64,000 nt of DNA from a bacterium (lineage in GTDB: Bacteria; Myxococcota_A; Bradymonadia; REDH01), in contig JAUICO010000007.1 of NCBI GenBank assembly GCA_030427825.1, positions 417-64,416 of the forward strand, read 5' to 3'. The notes below the pieces were generated by a model. The model worked only from the letters and a program-made list of their open reading frames with translations. It was not told the DNA's origin and ran no database searches. Below, piece by piece: positions 38,994 through 48,434 of this stretch. Both the position numbers and the translations under genes were made by a program. Every line of letters starts with the position of its first letter. Within the stretch, counting starts at the first letter, position 1.

Positions 38994-39407
38994 GTGACCG
39001 AACGTCGGGAAACAGACCGTCCGCTGCTGCTCTTTGATGGAGTCTGCAACCTCTGTCACAGCTCGGTGAACTTCGTGATCGATCGTGATCCGGACGAAGT
39101 CTTCGACTTTGCGTCGCTGCAATCGGAACACGCTCGCGAAGTGCTCGCCGGCTTTGGGGTCACGCCGAAGATCGACACCATTTACCTCGTGGAGGGCGGG
39201 CGCCTGTACGAGCGTTCGACAGCCGCGCTTCGGATCGCCCGGCGGCTGCGCGGCGCCTGGCCGCTGATGGCGGCGTTTCTCATCGTGCCGCGCCCGATTC
39301 GCGACGGCGTCTACCGCTTCATCGCGAATCGACGTTATCGCTGGTTCGGTAAAGAAGAGGCGTGCCGGATTCCCACGCCTGAGCTACAAGCGCGATTCCT
39401 CGGCTGA
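38994..39407 (+). CDS. DCC1-like thiol-disulfide oxidoreductase (DUF393)
   Basis: FDGVCNLC, FASLQS, RD.VY.FIA.RRY.WFG. Confidence 0.92.
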   Translation: MTERRETDRPLLLFDGVCNLCHSSVNFVIDRDPDEVFDFASLQSEHAREVLAGFGVTPKIDTIYLVEGGRLYERSTAALRIARRLRGAWPLMAAFLIVPRPIRDGVYRFIANRRYRWFGKEEACRIPTPELQARFLG

Positions 39408-39462
39408 TCGCCGACAGATCTGCGCCTTCGCACGCACCTGACCATCCCATGAGCTCCCTGCC

Positions 39463-40212
39463 ATGAACTCCCTTCACAGCGGCTGCGGCCCACGACCAAC
39501 CGCACGACGCGCCTTCTTCGACTACTGCACCTGCTGCGAGATCTTCGAAGTCTCCCGCGAGCCCATGCGCGCCGCGACCCTCGCTGAGCTGCGCGCGACG
39601 GCGCCTGAGGGGTTCATTTATACGACCTTCGCGGACCGATGGATTGGGTTGGATCCGCTGGACCAGCGCGGACCGGCGCCTCTGGACCTGCCGAAGTCTG
39701 AGCTGGGCATGATGCGACCTACAGCCGCCAACGCGACGCTCTGGGAGCGGACTCGCCGGCAGGCAGAGGCCGTCGCTGCAGATTACGTCTACTTCAGGCC
39801 CGCGCCCTCATTCTCGCCGTCGACAGCCAATCGGGACGCTCTGCGAGCCTTTCGACGGGACATCATCGGCGACGTTCCCTTCGGAATCGTGTGGGAGGTC
39901 CGCGGCCTCTGGGACCTCGAAGATGCCCGTGAGCTAGCCGCAGAGCTCGACATCCAGGTCGCATGCGACCCCTACGTGGACGACGAGTTTCCCGAGATTG
40001 GCGAAGGCAACGCCTACTACATTCTTGACCGCCCCAGAGGCCGGCGCGTCTTCGAGGACGACGACTGCGAGGACCTCTTCGACTACTTCGAGCAGCATCC
40101 GGCCGGCGTCATCGCCGTCTTTCGGGGCCCCGAGCGAGCACGCAACGCCTTGATGTTCAATCGGCATCGACAGCGCTACGAGACCATCAACGGAGCGATC
40201 GGCGGCGCTTGA
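39463..40212 (+). CDS. DUF72-like protein (divergent)
   Basis: 'P.SF.P...N', 'WE.RG.W' and 'CDP' segments resemble DUF72 TIM-barrel proteins. Confidence 0.55.
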   Translation: MNSLHSGCGPRPTARRAFFDYCTCCEIFEVSREPMRAATLAELRATAPEGFIYTTFADRWIGLDPLDQRGPAPLDLPKSELGMMRPTAANATLWERTRRQAEAVAADYVYFRPAPSFSPSTANRDALRAFRRDIIGDVPFGIVWEVRGLWDLEDARELAAELDIQVACDPYVDDEFPEIGEGNAYYILDRPRGRRVFEDDDCEDLFDYFEQHPAGVIAVFRGPERARNALMFNRHRQRYETINGAIGGA

Positions 40213-40229
40213 GGGTATAGTGGTCGGCG

Positions 40230-40820
40230 ATGCGTGATGACGATGCCATGGTGCGCCGGCTGAAGAAGCGCGACGAGCGGGCGTTCGCCGAGATGGTGGG
40301 CCTCTATCAGTCGCGTGTCTTCGCGGTTGTATATCGAATGCTCGGTGACAGGGCCGAAGCGGAGGATGTCGCGCAGGAGGTCTTCGTGACCGTGTTCAAG
40401 TCTGTGGATCGCTTCCGCGGCGAGGCTGCGTTCTCTACGTGGCTCTTTCGCATTGCCACGAATCATGCGCGCAATCGCATCAAGTACCACTCTCGGCGGC
40501 ACCGTAAGAAGCAGGAGTCGATCGACGAGAGCTACGAAGTCGAGTTCACCCGGACCCTCAGCGATCGGCAGGCGCGACCCGACGCCGTCGCAGAGGCGAT
40601 GCAAACTGAGGTCGCCATCCAGGAGGCGCTGCGCGCGCTCGACGATTCACACCGCGAGGTGATCGTTCTGCGCGACCTGGAGCGCCTCCCGTACCACGAG
40701 ATAGCGGCGGTTCTGAACGTCGCAGAGGGGACAGTGAAGTCCCGACTTTTTCGCGCGCGTGCTGCGCTTCGGCAGGAACTGATTAAGCGGTGTGGCGATG
40801 ACATTATCGGCGAAAAATAG
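40230..40820 (+). CDS. ECF sigma-70 factor
   Basis: AEDVAQEVF, FSTWLFRIATN, region 4 Y.EIA..L....GTVKSRL.RAR. Confidence 0.95.
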   Translation: MRDDDAMVRRLKKRDERAFAEMVGLYQSRVFAVVYRMLGDRAEAEDVAQEVFVTVFKSVDRFRGEAAFSTWLFRIATNHARNRIKYHSRRHRKKQESIDESYEVEFTRTLSDRQARPDAVAEAMQTEVAIQEALRALDDSHREVIVLRDLERLPYHEIAAVLNVAEGTVKSRLFRARAALRQELIKRCGDDIIGEK

Positions 40821-41625
40821 CGCCCGCTTCGACGCGTACCTCGGTGGGACGATGAGCGAGGCGGAGCAGGCTGCTTTCGAGGCGGAGCTGTTGTCTGACG
40901 AGAGCCTCGCGGCGGCCTTCGAGAGTTACAGTGATCCCAGCGCCGTGCTGAGCGGCCTGAAGACCCCGGCGCCGGAACACGACCTGGTAGGCGCCGTCGA
41001 AGCACGAATTCGCCAGCGCTCGCGGGGACGCTTCTTTCATCCGGAGCTGGGCGATCGCATGCAGCTGCAGATGAACATCTTCATCGCGTCGGCGGTGCTC
41101 CTGCTGATCGGGATCGCCGTGATCGCCTCGCCGATCCGCTTCTGGTCGATCGAGGACACGAGCGTTGAAGATCTGCTGCCCGACGCGGGAGACGACGACA
41201 GCGAAGGCAGCACGAGTGCAGGGTCGGCGGCGGATGAGGCGGCAGCCGAGATGGGCAGGTCACCGGCCCCGGCGGGTGTCGACGACAACCCCTTCGCCAA
41301 CGTCGACATGAGGGCGGCCCCGCCGCGGCAGGGCGCAGTGTCCGACGACCCGGTACGGGTGATGCGGCATATTGAGCCCTTTTATGATGTCGAGATTTCG
41401 ATGAACCCCGATGACGCCGAACGACGCCTCGGGCTGATGTTCGGCCCGAGCGTGGTCGTCCCGCAGGGAGGCGGACACTACGATGTTCGCGTTCCGCGCA
41501 TAGAGATGTCAGGGGCACTACAACGATTGATTGACGCAGGCGGGCGCGTTGCCATCGAGCGTCGAGCCCGGGAATCTCAGGACGACGCCGTTCTGACCGT
41601 AACTGTAGTTCCACCCACGGAGTAG
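40798..41625 (+). CDS. Putative membrane anti-sigma factor
   Basis: Overlaps the sigma gene stop; 'AYL.G.MS..E..AFE..L' N-terminus; single TM helix. Confidence 0.65.
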   Translation: MTLSAKNSARFDAYLGGTMSEAEQAAFEAELLSDESLAAAFESYSDPSAVLSGLKTPAPEHDLVGAVEARIRQRSRGRFFHPELGDRMQLQMNIFIASAVLLLIGIAVIASPIRFWSIEDTSVEDLLPDAGDDDSEGSTSAGSAADEAAAEMGRSPAPAGVDDNPFANVDMRAAPPRQGAVSDDPVRVMRHIEPFYDVEISMNPDDAERRLGLMFGPSVVVPQGGGHYDVRVPRIEMSGALQRLIDAGGRVAIERRARESQDDAVLTVTVVPPTE

Positions 41626-41634
41626 ACAGAGATC

Positions 41635-41994
41635 ATGGAAGGACTCGAACGCCACCTGCGCGCAATGCGCACACGATTCATAGGCAGCATCGCGACCTTC
41701 ACTGCGTTTGCTCTGCTGTGCATATTCGTCGTCGCCACCGGCAACACCGGTGACACGAACATCATGAGCGTGCAGCTTGTGCTGCTCATCGCCTCTATTC
41801 TCGTGATGCCGCGCAACATGACGCCGGCCCGCTATCCGAGCGGCGAGACCATGGCGGATACAGATCGCGTCGAGATGATCAAAGCCGATCTGAACAAGCT
41901 GCAGATGCAGTCCACCTTCGCCCGCCTGGGCTACATCCTCGTTGCGGTCGTTCTGCTGGTGCTTGTGCCCTTTGCCCAGAAGGGCACTCTGTGA
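41635..41994 (+). CDS. Hypothetical membrane protein
   Basis: Three hydrophobic segments; GTGA overlap with the next gene. Confidence 0.7.
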   Translation: MEGLERHLRAMRTRFIGSIATFTAFALLCIFVVATGNTGDTNIMSVQLVLLIASILVMPRNMTPARYPSGETMADTDRVEMIKADLNKLQMQSTFARLGYILVAVVLLVLVPFAQKGTL

Positions 41995-43184
41995 GAATCG
42001 GGGTTATCGGTGGGGGCCCGGTCGGCGTCGAGTGCGCCCTGCGGCTGCGCATGCTTGGCCACACCGTTAGCGTGTACGAGGCAGGCAGAATCGGACAGAA
42101 CGTGCGCGAATGGGGCCACGTGCGAATGTTCAGCCCGTGGTCGCTGAACCGCTCTGAAGCGGGCAGTTCTCTGCTCCGCGACGCCGGCGTTGCGCTCGCC
42201 GATGGTGAGCAGTTTCCCAGCGGCGCGGACTATGTCTCGGCGTATCTGATGCCGCTGGTGCGGGAGATGCGCGGCGACGTGCGGATGTGCGAGCACACCC
42301 GTGTCGTGTCCGTGGCACGGAGCGGCATCCTGAAGAGCGAAGAGATCGGCGGCGGCGCAAGGCACGGCTCGGAGTTTCGCCTGTTGGTCGAGCACGAGGG
42401 CAACGAGCGGAATGAGACCGCCGATGCGGTGATTGACGCCGGCGGGGTCTGGTCGCAGGCAAACTGGGCCGGGATCGGTGGGGCTCCTGTGCCCGGTGAA
42501 CGGGCGATGGGAGAACGTATCGAGCGCCGTGTCCCAGACCTCGGTCAGTGTCGAGAGCGATACGCGCAGAAGCGGGTGCTGGTGGTCGGCGCCGGCTACT
42601 CTGCCATCACGAACCTGGCGGGACTGCTCGCGCTTCGGGGAGAGGACGCGCCGACGCAGCTGCACTGGGTGACGCTCACACCGAACATGCCGTATCAGCT
42701 GATCGAAGATGACCCGCTGCCCGCGCGGGCCGCCCTGGCCGCCCTCGGCAACACGCTGGCCGGAGACGACGCCCGGGTGGTTTTTCACGGAGGCGTGGGC
42801 GTGAGCGCTTTCGAAGAGCGCCGAGACGCTGTTCGTGTGCGGGTTGAGCCCGTGTGCGCCGAAGGTGTGGCCTCGGAGATTGTTGTCGACGAGGTGCTCT
42901 CAAACACAGGCTTCAGGCCGGACACCGAAGTGACGCGGGAGCTGCAGGTGCACCACTGCTACGCCACCGAAGGTCCGATGAAGCAGGCGGCGTATCTGCT
43001 CGCGGGCAGTGGCGACAGCGCCGATTGCCTCGCACAGGTAGCCGGTGGTGCCGCGGTGCTGCGAAATCCGGAGCCGGATTTCTACATTGTCGGCGCGAAG
43101 AGCTACGGGCGCAGCTCTGCGTTCCTGATCCGCCTGGGGCTGGAGCAGGTGGACGCGTTGAGTGAGCTCGTCGGGCCGGGCTGA
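41991..43184 (+). CDS. FAD-dependent oxidoreductase/flavin monooxygenase-like protein
   Basis: GGGPVG, WGHVRMFSPW, GAGYSA, NTGFRPD, EPDFYIVGAKSYGR. Confidence 0.85.
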   Translation: MRIGVIGGGPVGVECALRLRMLGHTVSVYEAGRIGQNVREWGHVRMFSPWSLNRSEAGSSLLRDAGVALADGEQFPSGADYVSAYLMPLVREMRGDVRMCEHTRVVSVARSGILKSEEIGGGARHGSEFRLLVEHEGNERNETADAVIDAGGVWSQANWAGIGGAPVPGERAMGERIERRVPDLGQCRERYAQKRVLVVGAGYSAITNLAGLLALRGEDAPTQLHWVTLTPNMPYQLIEDDPLPARAALAALGNTLAGDDARVVFHGGVGVSAFEERRDAVRVRVEPVCAEGVASEIVVDEVLSNTGFRPDTEVTRELQVHHCYATEGPMKQAAYLLAGSGDSADCLAQVAGGAAVLRNPEPDFYIVGAKSYGRSSAFLIRLGLEQVDALSELVGPG

Positions 43185-43205
43185 GGGTATCAGCCGGGGT
43201 GAGGC

Positions 43206-43700
43206 TCAGTCGTCGAGTGTGACTTCCGACACGCGGCGAGACTGCTCTTCGCGGAACGCGATCCAGGCTCGTTGAATCTCCGGGTACTTCAGTCCCAGGA
43301 TAGAAGCCGAGAGAAGGGCGGCGTTCTTTGCCCCGGACTTTCCGATCGCGAGCGTACCGACGGGAACGCCGCCGGGCATCTGCACAATCGACAGAAGTGA
43401 GTCGAGTCCATTCAGTGCCCGGCTCTGCACGGGCACGCCCAGGACGGGCAGGTGCGTGAAAGCGGCGCAGACACCGGGCAGGTGAGCCGCAGCGCCGGCG
43501 CCGGCGATGATGACTTCCATGCCCGCGTCAGCAGCGCCGCTGATCCAGTCCTTCAGCCGGCCCGGAGTGCGGTGCGCGCTGAGAACCCTGGCCTCGTAGG
43601 GGATACCGAGAGCGTCGAGGGTAGAAGCGGCCGCATCCATGCAACCCTTCCAATCCGACTTCGAGCCCATCACGATTCCAACAAGTGGTTTGTCTGCCAT
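43206..43700 (-). CDS. purE: N5-carboxyaminoimidazole ribonucleotide mutase
   Basis: [36 protein letters not shown]. Confidence 0.97.
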   Translation of the reverse strand: MADKPLVGIVMGSKSDWKGCMDAAASTLDALGIPYEARVLSAHRTPGRLKDWISGAADAGMEVIIAGAGAAAHLPGVCAAFTHLPVLGVPVQSRALNGLDSLLSIVQMPGGVPVGTLAIGKSGAKNAALLSASILGLKYPEIQRAWIAFREEQSRRVSEVTLDD

Positions 43701-43747
43701 TATCGTCTATCTCTCTGTTCGTGGGTGTGGGGAACGCCAAATCCCGC

Positions 43748-43782
43748 AAAACGAAGAAACGGCAGGCGTTGGCCTGCCGTTT
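43748..43782 (-). terminator. Intrinsic terminator after rpsD
   Basis: Minus strand AAACGGCAGGC-caac-GCCTGCCGTTT then CTTCGTTTT. Confidence 0.8.
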
Positions 43783-43799
43783 GCAGCGATTCCGAAGAC

Positions 43800-44414
43800 T
43801 CAGAGTCGCTTGGCGTAGTACTCAATCACGAGCTGGATCTCCAACTCGAAAGGCACAGAATCCGAAGTCGGCAGGCCCGTGATTTTTGCGGTCAACTTGG
43901 GTGTATCAAACTCGATCCAGTCCGGGCGGATCAGCGAGACGTTCTCGACAGAGTCCTTCACAGCCTGAAGGTTTCGGCTCTTCTCGCGAAGCTGAATGAT
44001 GTCGCCTTCGTTGATTCGAGCCGAGGGCACGTCGCAGCGACTGCCGTTGATCAGGATATGACCGTGGTTGATCAGCTGGCGTGCAGCTGGAATCGTCGGT
44101 GCGAGTCCGGCCCGGAAGACCGCGTTGTCCAGACGACGCTCAACCAGCTCAATGAGCTTCTGGCCTGCAGCCATCTTGCCGCTGCGCGCTTCCGCGACGA
44201 GGCGGCGAAGCTGTCGCTCGCTGATGCCGTAGTTGAGGCGAAGCTTCTGCTTCTCCTTAAGCTGGCGACCAAAGTCGGAGAGTTTCTTGCGACGCGCCTG
44301 GCCGTGCTGGCCGGGCGGGTAGGGGCGGCGGTCTGCGCTCTTGCGCGAAAGCCCGGGCAGGTCAGTGCCAAGGGCGCGCATGATCTTTACACGTGGTCCG
44401 GTATGCCTCGACAT
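43800..44414 (-). CDS. rpsD: 30S ribosomal protein S4 (stand-alone, Zn-ribbon-less)
   Basis: PPGQHG, QLKEKQK, ERRLDN.VFR.G, ARQLI.HGH, LVIEYY. Confidence 0.96.
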   Translation of the reverse strand: MSRHTGPRVKIMRALGTDLPGLSRKSADRRPYPPGQHGQARRKKLSDFGRQLKEKQKLRLNYGISERQLRRLVAEARSGKMAAGQKLIELVERRLDNAVFRAGLAPTIPAARQLINHGHILINGSRCDVPSARINEGDIIQLREKSRNLQAVKDSVENVSLIRPDWIEFDTPKLTAKITGLPTSDSVPFELEIQLVIEYYAKRL

Positions 44415-44549
44415 GGTCGGGGTCTCCTCCGTTTGGGGCGAACAACAGGTTTTACAAAGATTTCCGGAGCTTAGGCGACATCAGCGCTGCACGCTGTGTT
44501 CACCCCGACTCGCGGGAGCGCGCTTGCTATCAGATCAACCGGGGCGGGG

Positions 44550-44583
44550 AAAGAAGAAACCGGCCCCGATCTGTCCGGGCCGG
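44550..44583 (-). terminator. Intrinsic terminator after the 44601-46142 gene
   Basis: Minus strand CCGGCCC..GGGCCGG stem then TTTCTTCTTT. Confidence 0.7.
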
Positions 44584-44600
44584 GAAGCTTCCTCACCAAC

Positions 44601-46142
44601 TCAGCGACAGCGGCCTCGCAGCTCGCCCGCCAGCTCTTCGGCTTCACGCCCCGGGCCTTCTTCACGTTCCGCTACGTGCCAGCGCATGGCGTCGCCGATG
44701 TGCGAGCAGCCGCTGTCATCGCCCTGTTCGAGCATCCACTCGACCGCGGCGAGGCGGCCTTCAGGGTGCTCGCTGTCGTCCGCCGCGATGCGACGAATAC
44801 GCGCGTCGAAGCGATCTGCACAGGCGCCCGAGATGCGTGCGACTTCGACAACGCCGCGCCCCGTCATGGGAACGTTCGTTGTTCGCGAGTTGTAGGCGAT
44901 GTCTGCCAGGCCTTCGAAGTCGGCGCAGCTCCCGTCAGCGGTTTCCTCGGCGAGTCGGGCCCGAATCTCCGCCCTGAACGACGGGGTCACATTCAGTCGC
45001 GAGCCCGCGGCCAGCGCCATCGCCATATCCGCAGGCGCCCAGTGCTGCTCAAAGCAGGTTCGAATGTAGGTGGGCCATACCCCGGTCGCCGTGCGCGTGC
45101 CGTCGAAGCCGCGTGCCCGCGAGCGCTGATACAGGTCACGAACGCGGCCATAGTCACACATCGCTGCGCTCGCAGCGTTCGCGATCGCCATACGGTCAGC
45201 GAGTTCCTTACCCGGGTCCGTCATGTCCAGCATGATCGAGTTGATGATGCCGGCGCGATTCGGATAGTCCGCCGATGAGATCCACGTGGTCAGGGCGCGG
45301 ATCGTGTCCGGGTCATGGCTGTCATTTCGCATGATCGCCACAACGTCCGACGCATCACGGCTGTCTGCGCTGGGCACGTTCGGGTTGGCGAGCAACAACA
45401 GCGGCGAGCCACCGTCCCAGTCTTCGCAGCCGCTCTGCTCCCGCTGGTAGCAGGCGACAACGTTCGCCGCGGTCCAGCGCCCGGCGGTGGCGAGGGCCCA
45501 TCGCTGCGTCTCATTGAGCGGCTCCCCGCTGTCGACGTCGATCAGGCGCGCGTAGCTGGCGACCGCCGGATCATCCGCGTCGAGCAGGCCCACGTGCTCC
45601 CCACAGAAGGGCAGCAGCCCGGCCATGCGATACGACAGCGCCGTGCCGACAATCGCACGTTGTGCGCCGGTGGTGAGGTCATCGAGAACACGCCCCAGAG
45701 CGATCTGCGCTTCCGTGGTGAGGGACGCCGCAAAGGAGTTTCCGTGCAGGCCGCGATCGAAGTGAGGATCAAAGCCGTTGGCGATTGCGCGTACTTTGGC
45801 GGCCTCGTCCTGCACCAGCATCAGGGCGGCGGCGACTTCAGCGCCGTCACTGCGTTCGCCGGCAGCCAGCGTGCAGGACACGGCTTCCTGAAGCGCGTCC
45901 GGTGGCAGCGATGCAGCCCGACCCAGTGTCGCGCGGCAGAGGGCGGCGCCATCCGTGACCGGCATCTGCGCGTAGCACGAGATCGCGCCGGCGACAGCGT
46001 TGCCGGACATGCTCTCGCGCAGGCTCGGACAGCCGTCTCCGCCCCCATTCTGGCGGCCGCCACAGGCCATGATGGTCGCTGCGAGCGTGACGAGGATTGC
46101 GGAGGCCAGGGTATGCCTGACGTGGGGCGCGAGAGCATTCAT
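44601..46142 (-). CDS. Hypothetical Cys-containing helical lipoprotein
   Basis: AAGGAG RBS, lipobox IMAC-G, Ala-rich helical body with many Cys. Confidence 0.75.
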   Translation of the reverse strand: MNALAPHVRHTLASAILVTLAATIMACGGRQNGGGDGCPSLRESMSGNAVAGAISCYAQMPVTDGAALCRATLGRAASLPPDALQEAVSCTLAAGERSDGAEVAAALMLVQDEAAKVRAIANGFDPHFDRGLHGNSFAASLTTEAQIALGRVLDDLTTGAQRAIVGTALSYRMAGLLPFCGEHVGLLDADDPAVASYARLIDVDSGEPLNETQRWALATAGRWTAANVVACYQREQSGCEDWDGGSPLLLLANPNVPSADSRDASDVVAIMRNDSHDPDTIRALTTWISSADYPNRAGIINSIMLDMTDPGKELADRMAIANAASAAMCDYGRVRDLYQRSRARGFDGTRTATGVWPTYIRTCFEQHWAPADMAMALAAGSRLNVTPSFRAEIRARLAEETADGSCADFEGLADIAYNSRTTNVPMTGRGVVEVARISGACADRFDARIRRIAADDSEHPEGRLAAVEWMLEQGDDSGCSHIGDAMRWHVAEREEGPGREAEELAGELRGRCR

Positions 46143-46194
46143 CGGTTGTTCTCCTTCGACAGGCGCGCAGCCTTTTGGGTCGTCGCGGGTATGG

Positions 46195-46590
46195 TCAACG
46201 CCCGCGATACTCGAGGTATTCGAGCAGACCCTCGTAAGCAACGGTCAGGTCCTGGCTGAGTTTCGTCGCCAGCGCTTCGGTCTCACGACTGTGGGTGAAG
46301 CGATCCGGGTGGTAGCGGCGCATCATCCCACGGTATGCGCGGCGCACTGCCTCGGTGTCGGAGCCGTACTCGATCTCAAGGCGCGCATACCAGACGCGCA
46401 CTTCTGCCTGATAGTCCGGGTTCAGCGGATGCCGCCCGGAGGCGAGGCGCTCCTGCTCGACGCGCAGGCGCTCCGCGAAGCGTTCGGTTACGGCCTCGAA
46501 GCCACCGTCGCGTTCGAATTCCACGACCCGGTCCTGGACAGAGTTCAATCCCTGTCGTGCGGCTTGTAGGATGCGGTCTCTTAGTGACAT
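46195..46590 (-). CDS. J-domain (DnaJ-like) protein
   Basis: Y..LE......E.VRRAYR.MM..YHPDR...L..AYE.L. Confidence 0.88.
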   Translation of the reverse strand: MSLRDRILQAARQGLNSVQDRVVEFERDGGFEAVTERFAERLRVEQERLASGRHPLNPDYQAEVRVWYARLEIEYGSDTEAVRRAYRGMMRRYHPDRFTHSRETEALATKLSQDLTVAYEGLLEYLEYRGR

Positions 46591-46656
46591 GGCGGCGCTC
46601 CTTACGCAGCATACGCTGCCCGTCAACCCGCGGTTCGGACCTGGTGAGGCTACTCA

Positions 46657-47073
46657 TTGCGCGAGCTCTTTCGAATTGAAGACGAGAAGTTGCAGCCGGG
46701 TTCGGCGCGGACCTTTTCCTGGGATGTCCACGGCCATCGGCGCGGAGGCTTCATCGCACGCCACGCAACAGGGGTCTGCGCCTTTGTGAACCGTTGTCCG
46801 CACTGGAACCTTCCACTCAACGACAGAGACGGCCGGATATACGACCCTGCGACGCGATCGTTGCGCTGTAGCGTGCACGGCGCGCTTTTTGATCCGGACA
46901 GCGGCGTCTGCACCAGCGGCCCCTGCGAAGGCGGCTCGCTGCCGCCTCTGCGGGTCTCACGCGAAGGCAGCGCGTGGGTGGTACGGGAATCTCTGCTAGG
47001 TGATGGGCGGTTGGAGCTGTCACAGCGAGCAGAAATCGCGGTCGTCGCAGACAGCGACAGGGAGTCAGAATGA
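46657..47073 (+). CDS. Rieske [2Fe-2S] ferredoxin
   Basis: NRCPH and CSVHGA.F...G.C..GPC motifs; TTG start. Confidence 0.88.
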   Translation: MRELFRIEDEKLQPGSARTFSWDVHGHRRGGFIARHATGVCAFVNRCPHWNLPLNDRDGRIYDPATRSLRCSVHGALFDPDSGVCTSGPCEGGSLPPLRVSREGSAWVVRESLLGDGRLELSQRAEIAVVADSDRESE

Positions 47074-47699
47074 CAGCATCACGGACCCGGACCACTGCGC
47101 TCGTCGCGCTCACCGCGCTGCTCCTCTGCGGCGGTTGCCGTTCGGCGGAGGTGAACGACGGAGACAACGATGCGGTCGGGCCGAGCACGGGCTCTGTCGC
47201 GGAGGGCTCGGAGTCGGGCGGCGCGGAGGCGGCGGCTGATGTCCCCGGCGAGTCGGGAGCTGCGGCCGGCGCCGCCGACGCGGCTCCGGAGCCGCACATT
47301 GCGCCGACGATGGCCGAACTGGTGGCGGCGATGCAAAGGCACGGATTCGCGCGGGGCGAAGAGCTGGAAGCGGAGTCTTTTGCTCCGGTTCCGCCAAGCG
47401 CGAGCTGGACCGCGCTGAGTTTCCAGGCGGGCGCTGAGACCGTTGATGTGGCCGTGTTCAGCTATGAATCCAGGGGATTCGCCGTGCCACACTCCGAGGA
47501 TGTTCACCGTCGGGCGCAGTCCGGAAGTATCGGTGAGGCGGCGCGGGTACATGCCAACGCGTTGATTCACGCGAGGGCCGCGACAAACGAGCGCGCCGAA
47601 GAGGTTGTGGCGCAGCTGGCAGAGGCGTTCGGCTGGCCCGCGGCGCCCGCCGTTGTGAGCGACGGCGTGCGGGCTGAGGAGCCGGCTGCGGCGGAGTAG
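47070..47699 (+). CDS. Hypothetical lipoprotein
   Basis: ATGA overlap with Rieske gene; lipobox-like CGGC; low-complexity linker. Confidence 0.7.
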   Translation: MTASRTRTTALVALTALLLCGGCRSAEVNDGDNDAVGPSTGSVAEGSESGGAEAAADVPGESGAAAGAADAAPEPHIAPTMAELVAAMQRHGFARGEELEAESFAPVPPSASWTALSFQAGAETVDVAVFSYESRGFAVPHSEDVHRRAQSGSIGEAARVHANALIHARAATNERAEEVVAQLAEAFGWPAAPAVVSDGVRAEEPAAAE

Positions 47700-47741
47700 T
47701 GGGTCGTCGGTGCGCCGGGCGGCATGTGTCGCGTCGTCGCT

Positions 47742-47852
47742 GTCGGGCGAAGGCTCATGGCTGTCGGGCGAACGCTGTCAATGCGGCCGAGCGAAGGCTC
47801 ACGGCTGCCGAGCGAAGGCTCACGGCTGCCGAGCGAAGGCTCACGGCTGCCG
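47742..47852. repeat. 21-bp tandem repeat GCCGAGCGAAGGCTCACGGCT (3 exact and 2 degenerate units)
   Basis: Exact units at 47786, 47807 and 47828; degenerate units at 47742 and 47763; between convergent genes. Confidence 0.9.
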
Positions 47853-47862
47853 CCGGGAGTGC

Positions 47863-48189
47863 TCAGGCGGTCGGTACAGCGTCGTCGTCGACGAGCTTCT
47901 CGAGCACTGCTCGCGAGTGGTCGGTCAGCTTGGTGAAGCGCACGCCCATGCCGCCAATCTCGGGGTCGTCGATGCTTCGCATGACTTCGCCTTCGCCTTC
48001 GATCAGCTCGAAGTCATCGAGGATGACCGTGAACTTCAGGTTGACGGTGGTCCCGACCGGCAGGGGAGAGCGTGAGCGAATGAAGACCCCTCCGCGCGAG
48101 ATGTTGGTCACATACTCGGAGATGAACTCCTCGATGGACTCAAACTCCTTGTTGATGTCTCGTCGCTCGAAGTTTCGTTGTTCGTTCAT
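47863..48189 (-). CDS. Single PilZ-domain protein (TIGR02266-like)
   Basis: RxxxR (RNFER), NISRGG, GMGVRF. Confidence 0.88.
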   Translation of the reverse strand: MNEQRNFERRDINKEFESIEEFISEYVTNISRGGVFIRSRSPLPVGTTVNLKFTVILDDFELIEGEGEVMRSIDDPEIGGMGVRFTKLTDHSRAVLEKLVDDDAVPTA

Positions 48190-48434
48190 GAGCTCGGCCA
48201 GCGTGAGTGCCTGCCGCGAGTCTTCGGAAGATCTCGGAGAAACGGGCTCAACTACCGAGATTGGCAGAGAGCAGCTCGCACCGACTATCTTGATCGCGTG
48301 CGGGCAGAATGTCGCCGCGATCGGTTCTTGTCAAGCGGAGAGCGTGACGTGGACTCCGATCAAGACTGCAATTGCGCCATGTCCGCTGAGATCTGAGACG
48401 CGCTCTCGTCCGGCTCCGTGGCCCCGAAACCCGC

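Noticed and set aside
47742-47852. CRISPR array
   Set aside because: Units are directly abutting with no unique spacers, and no cas genes are in the window.
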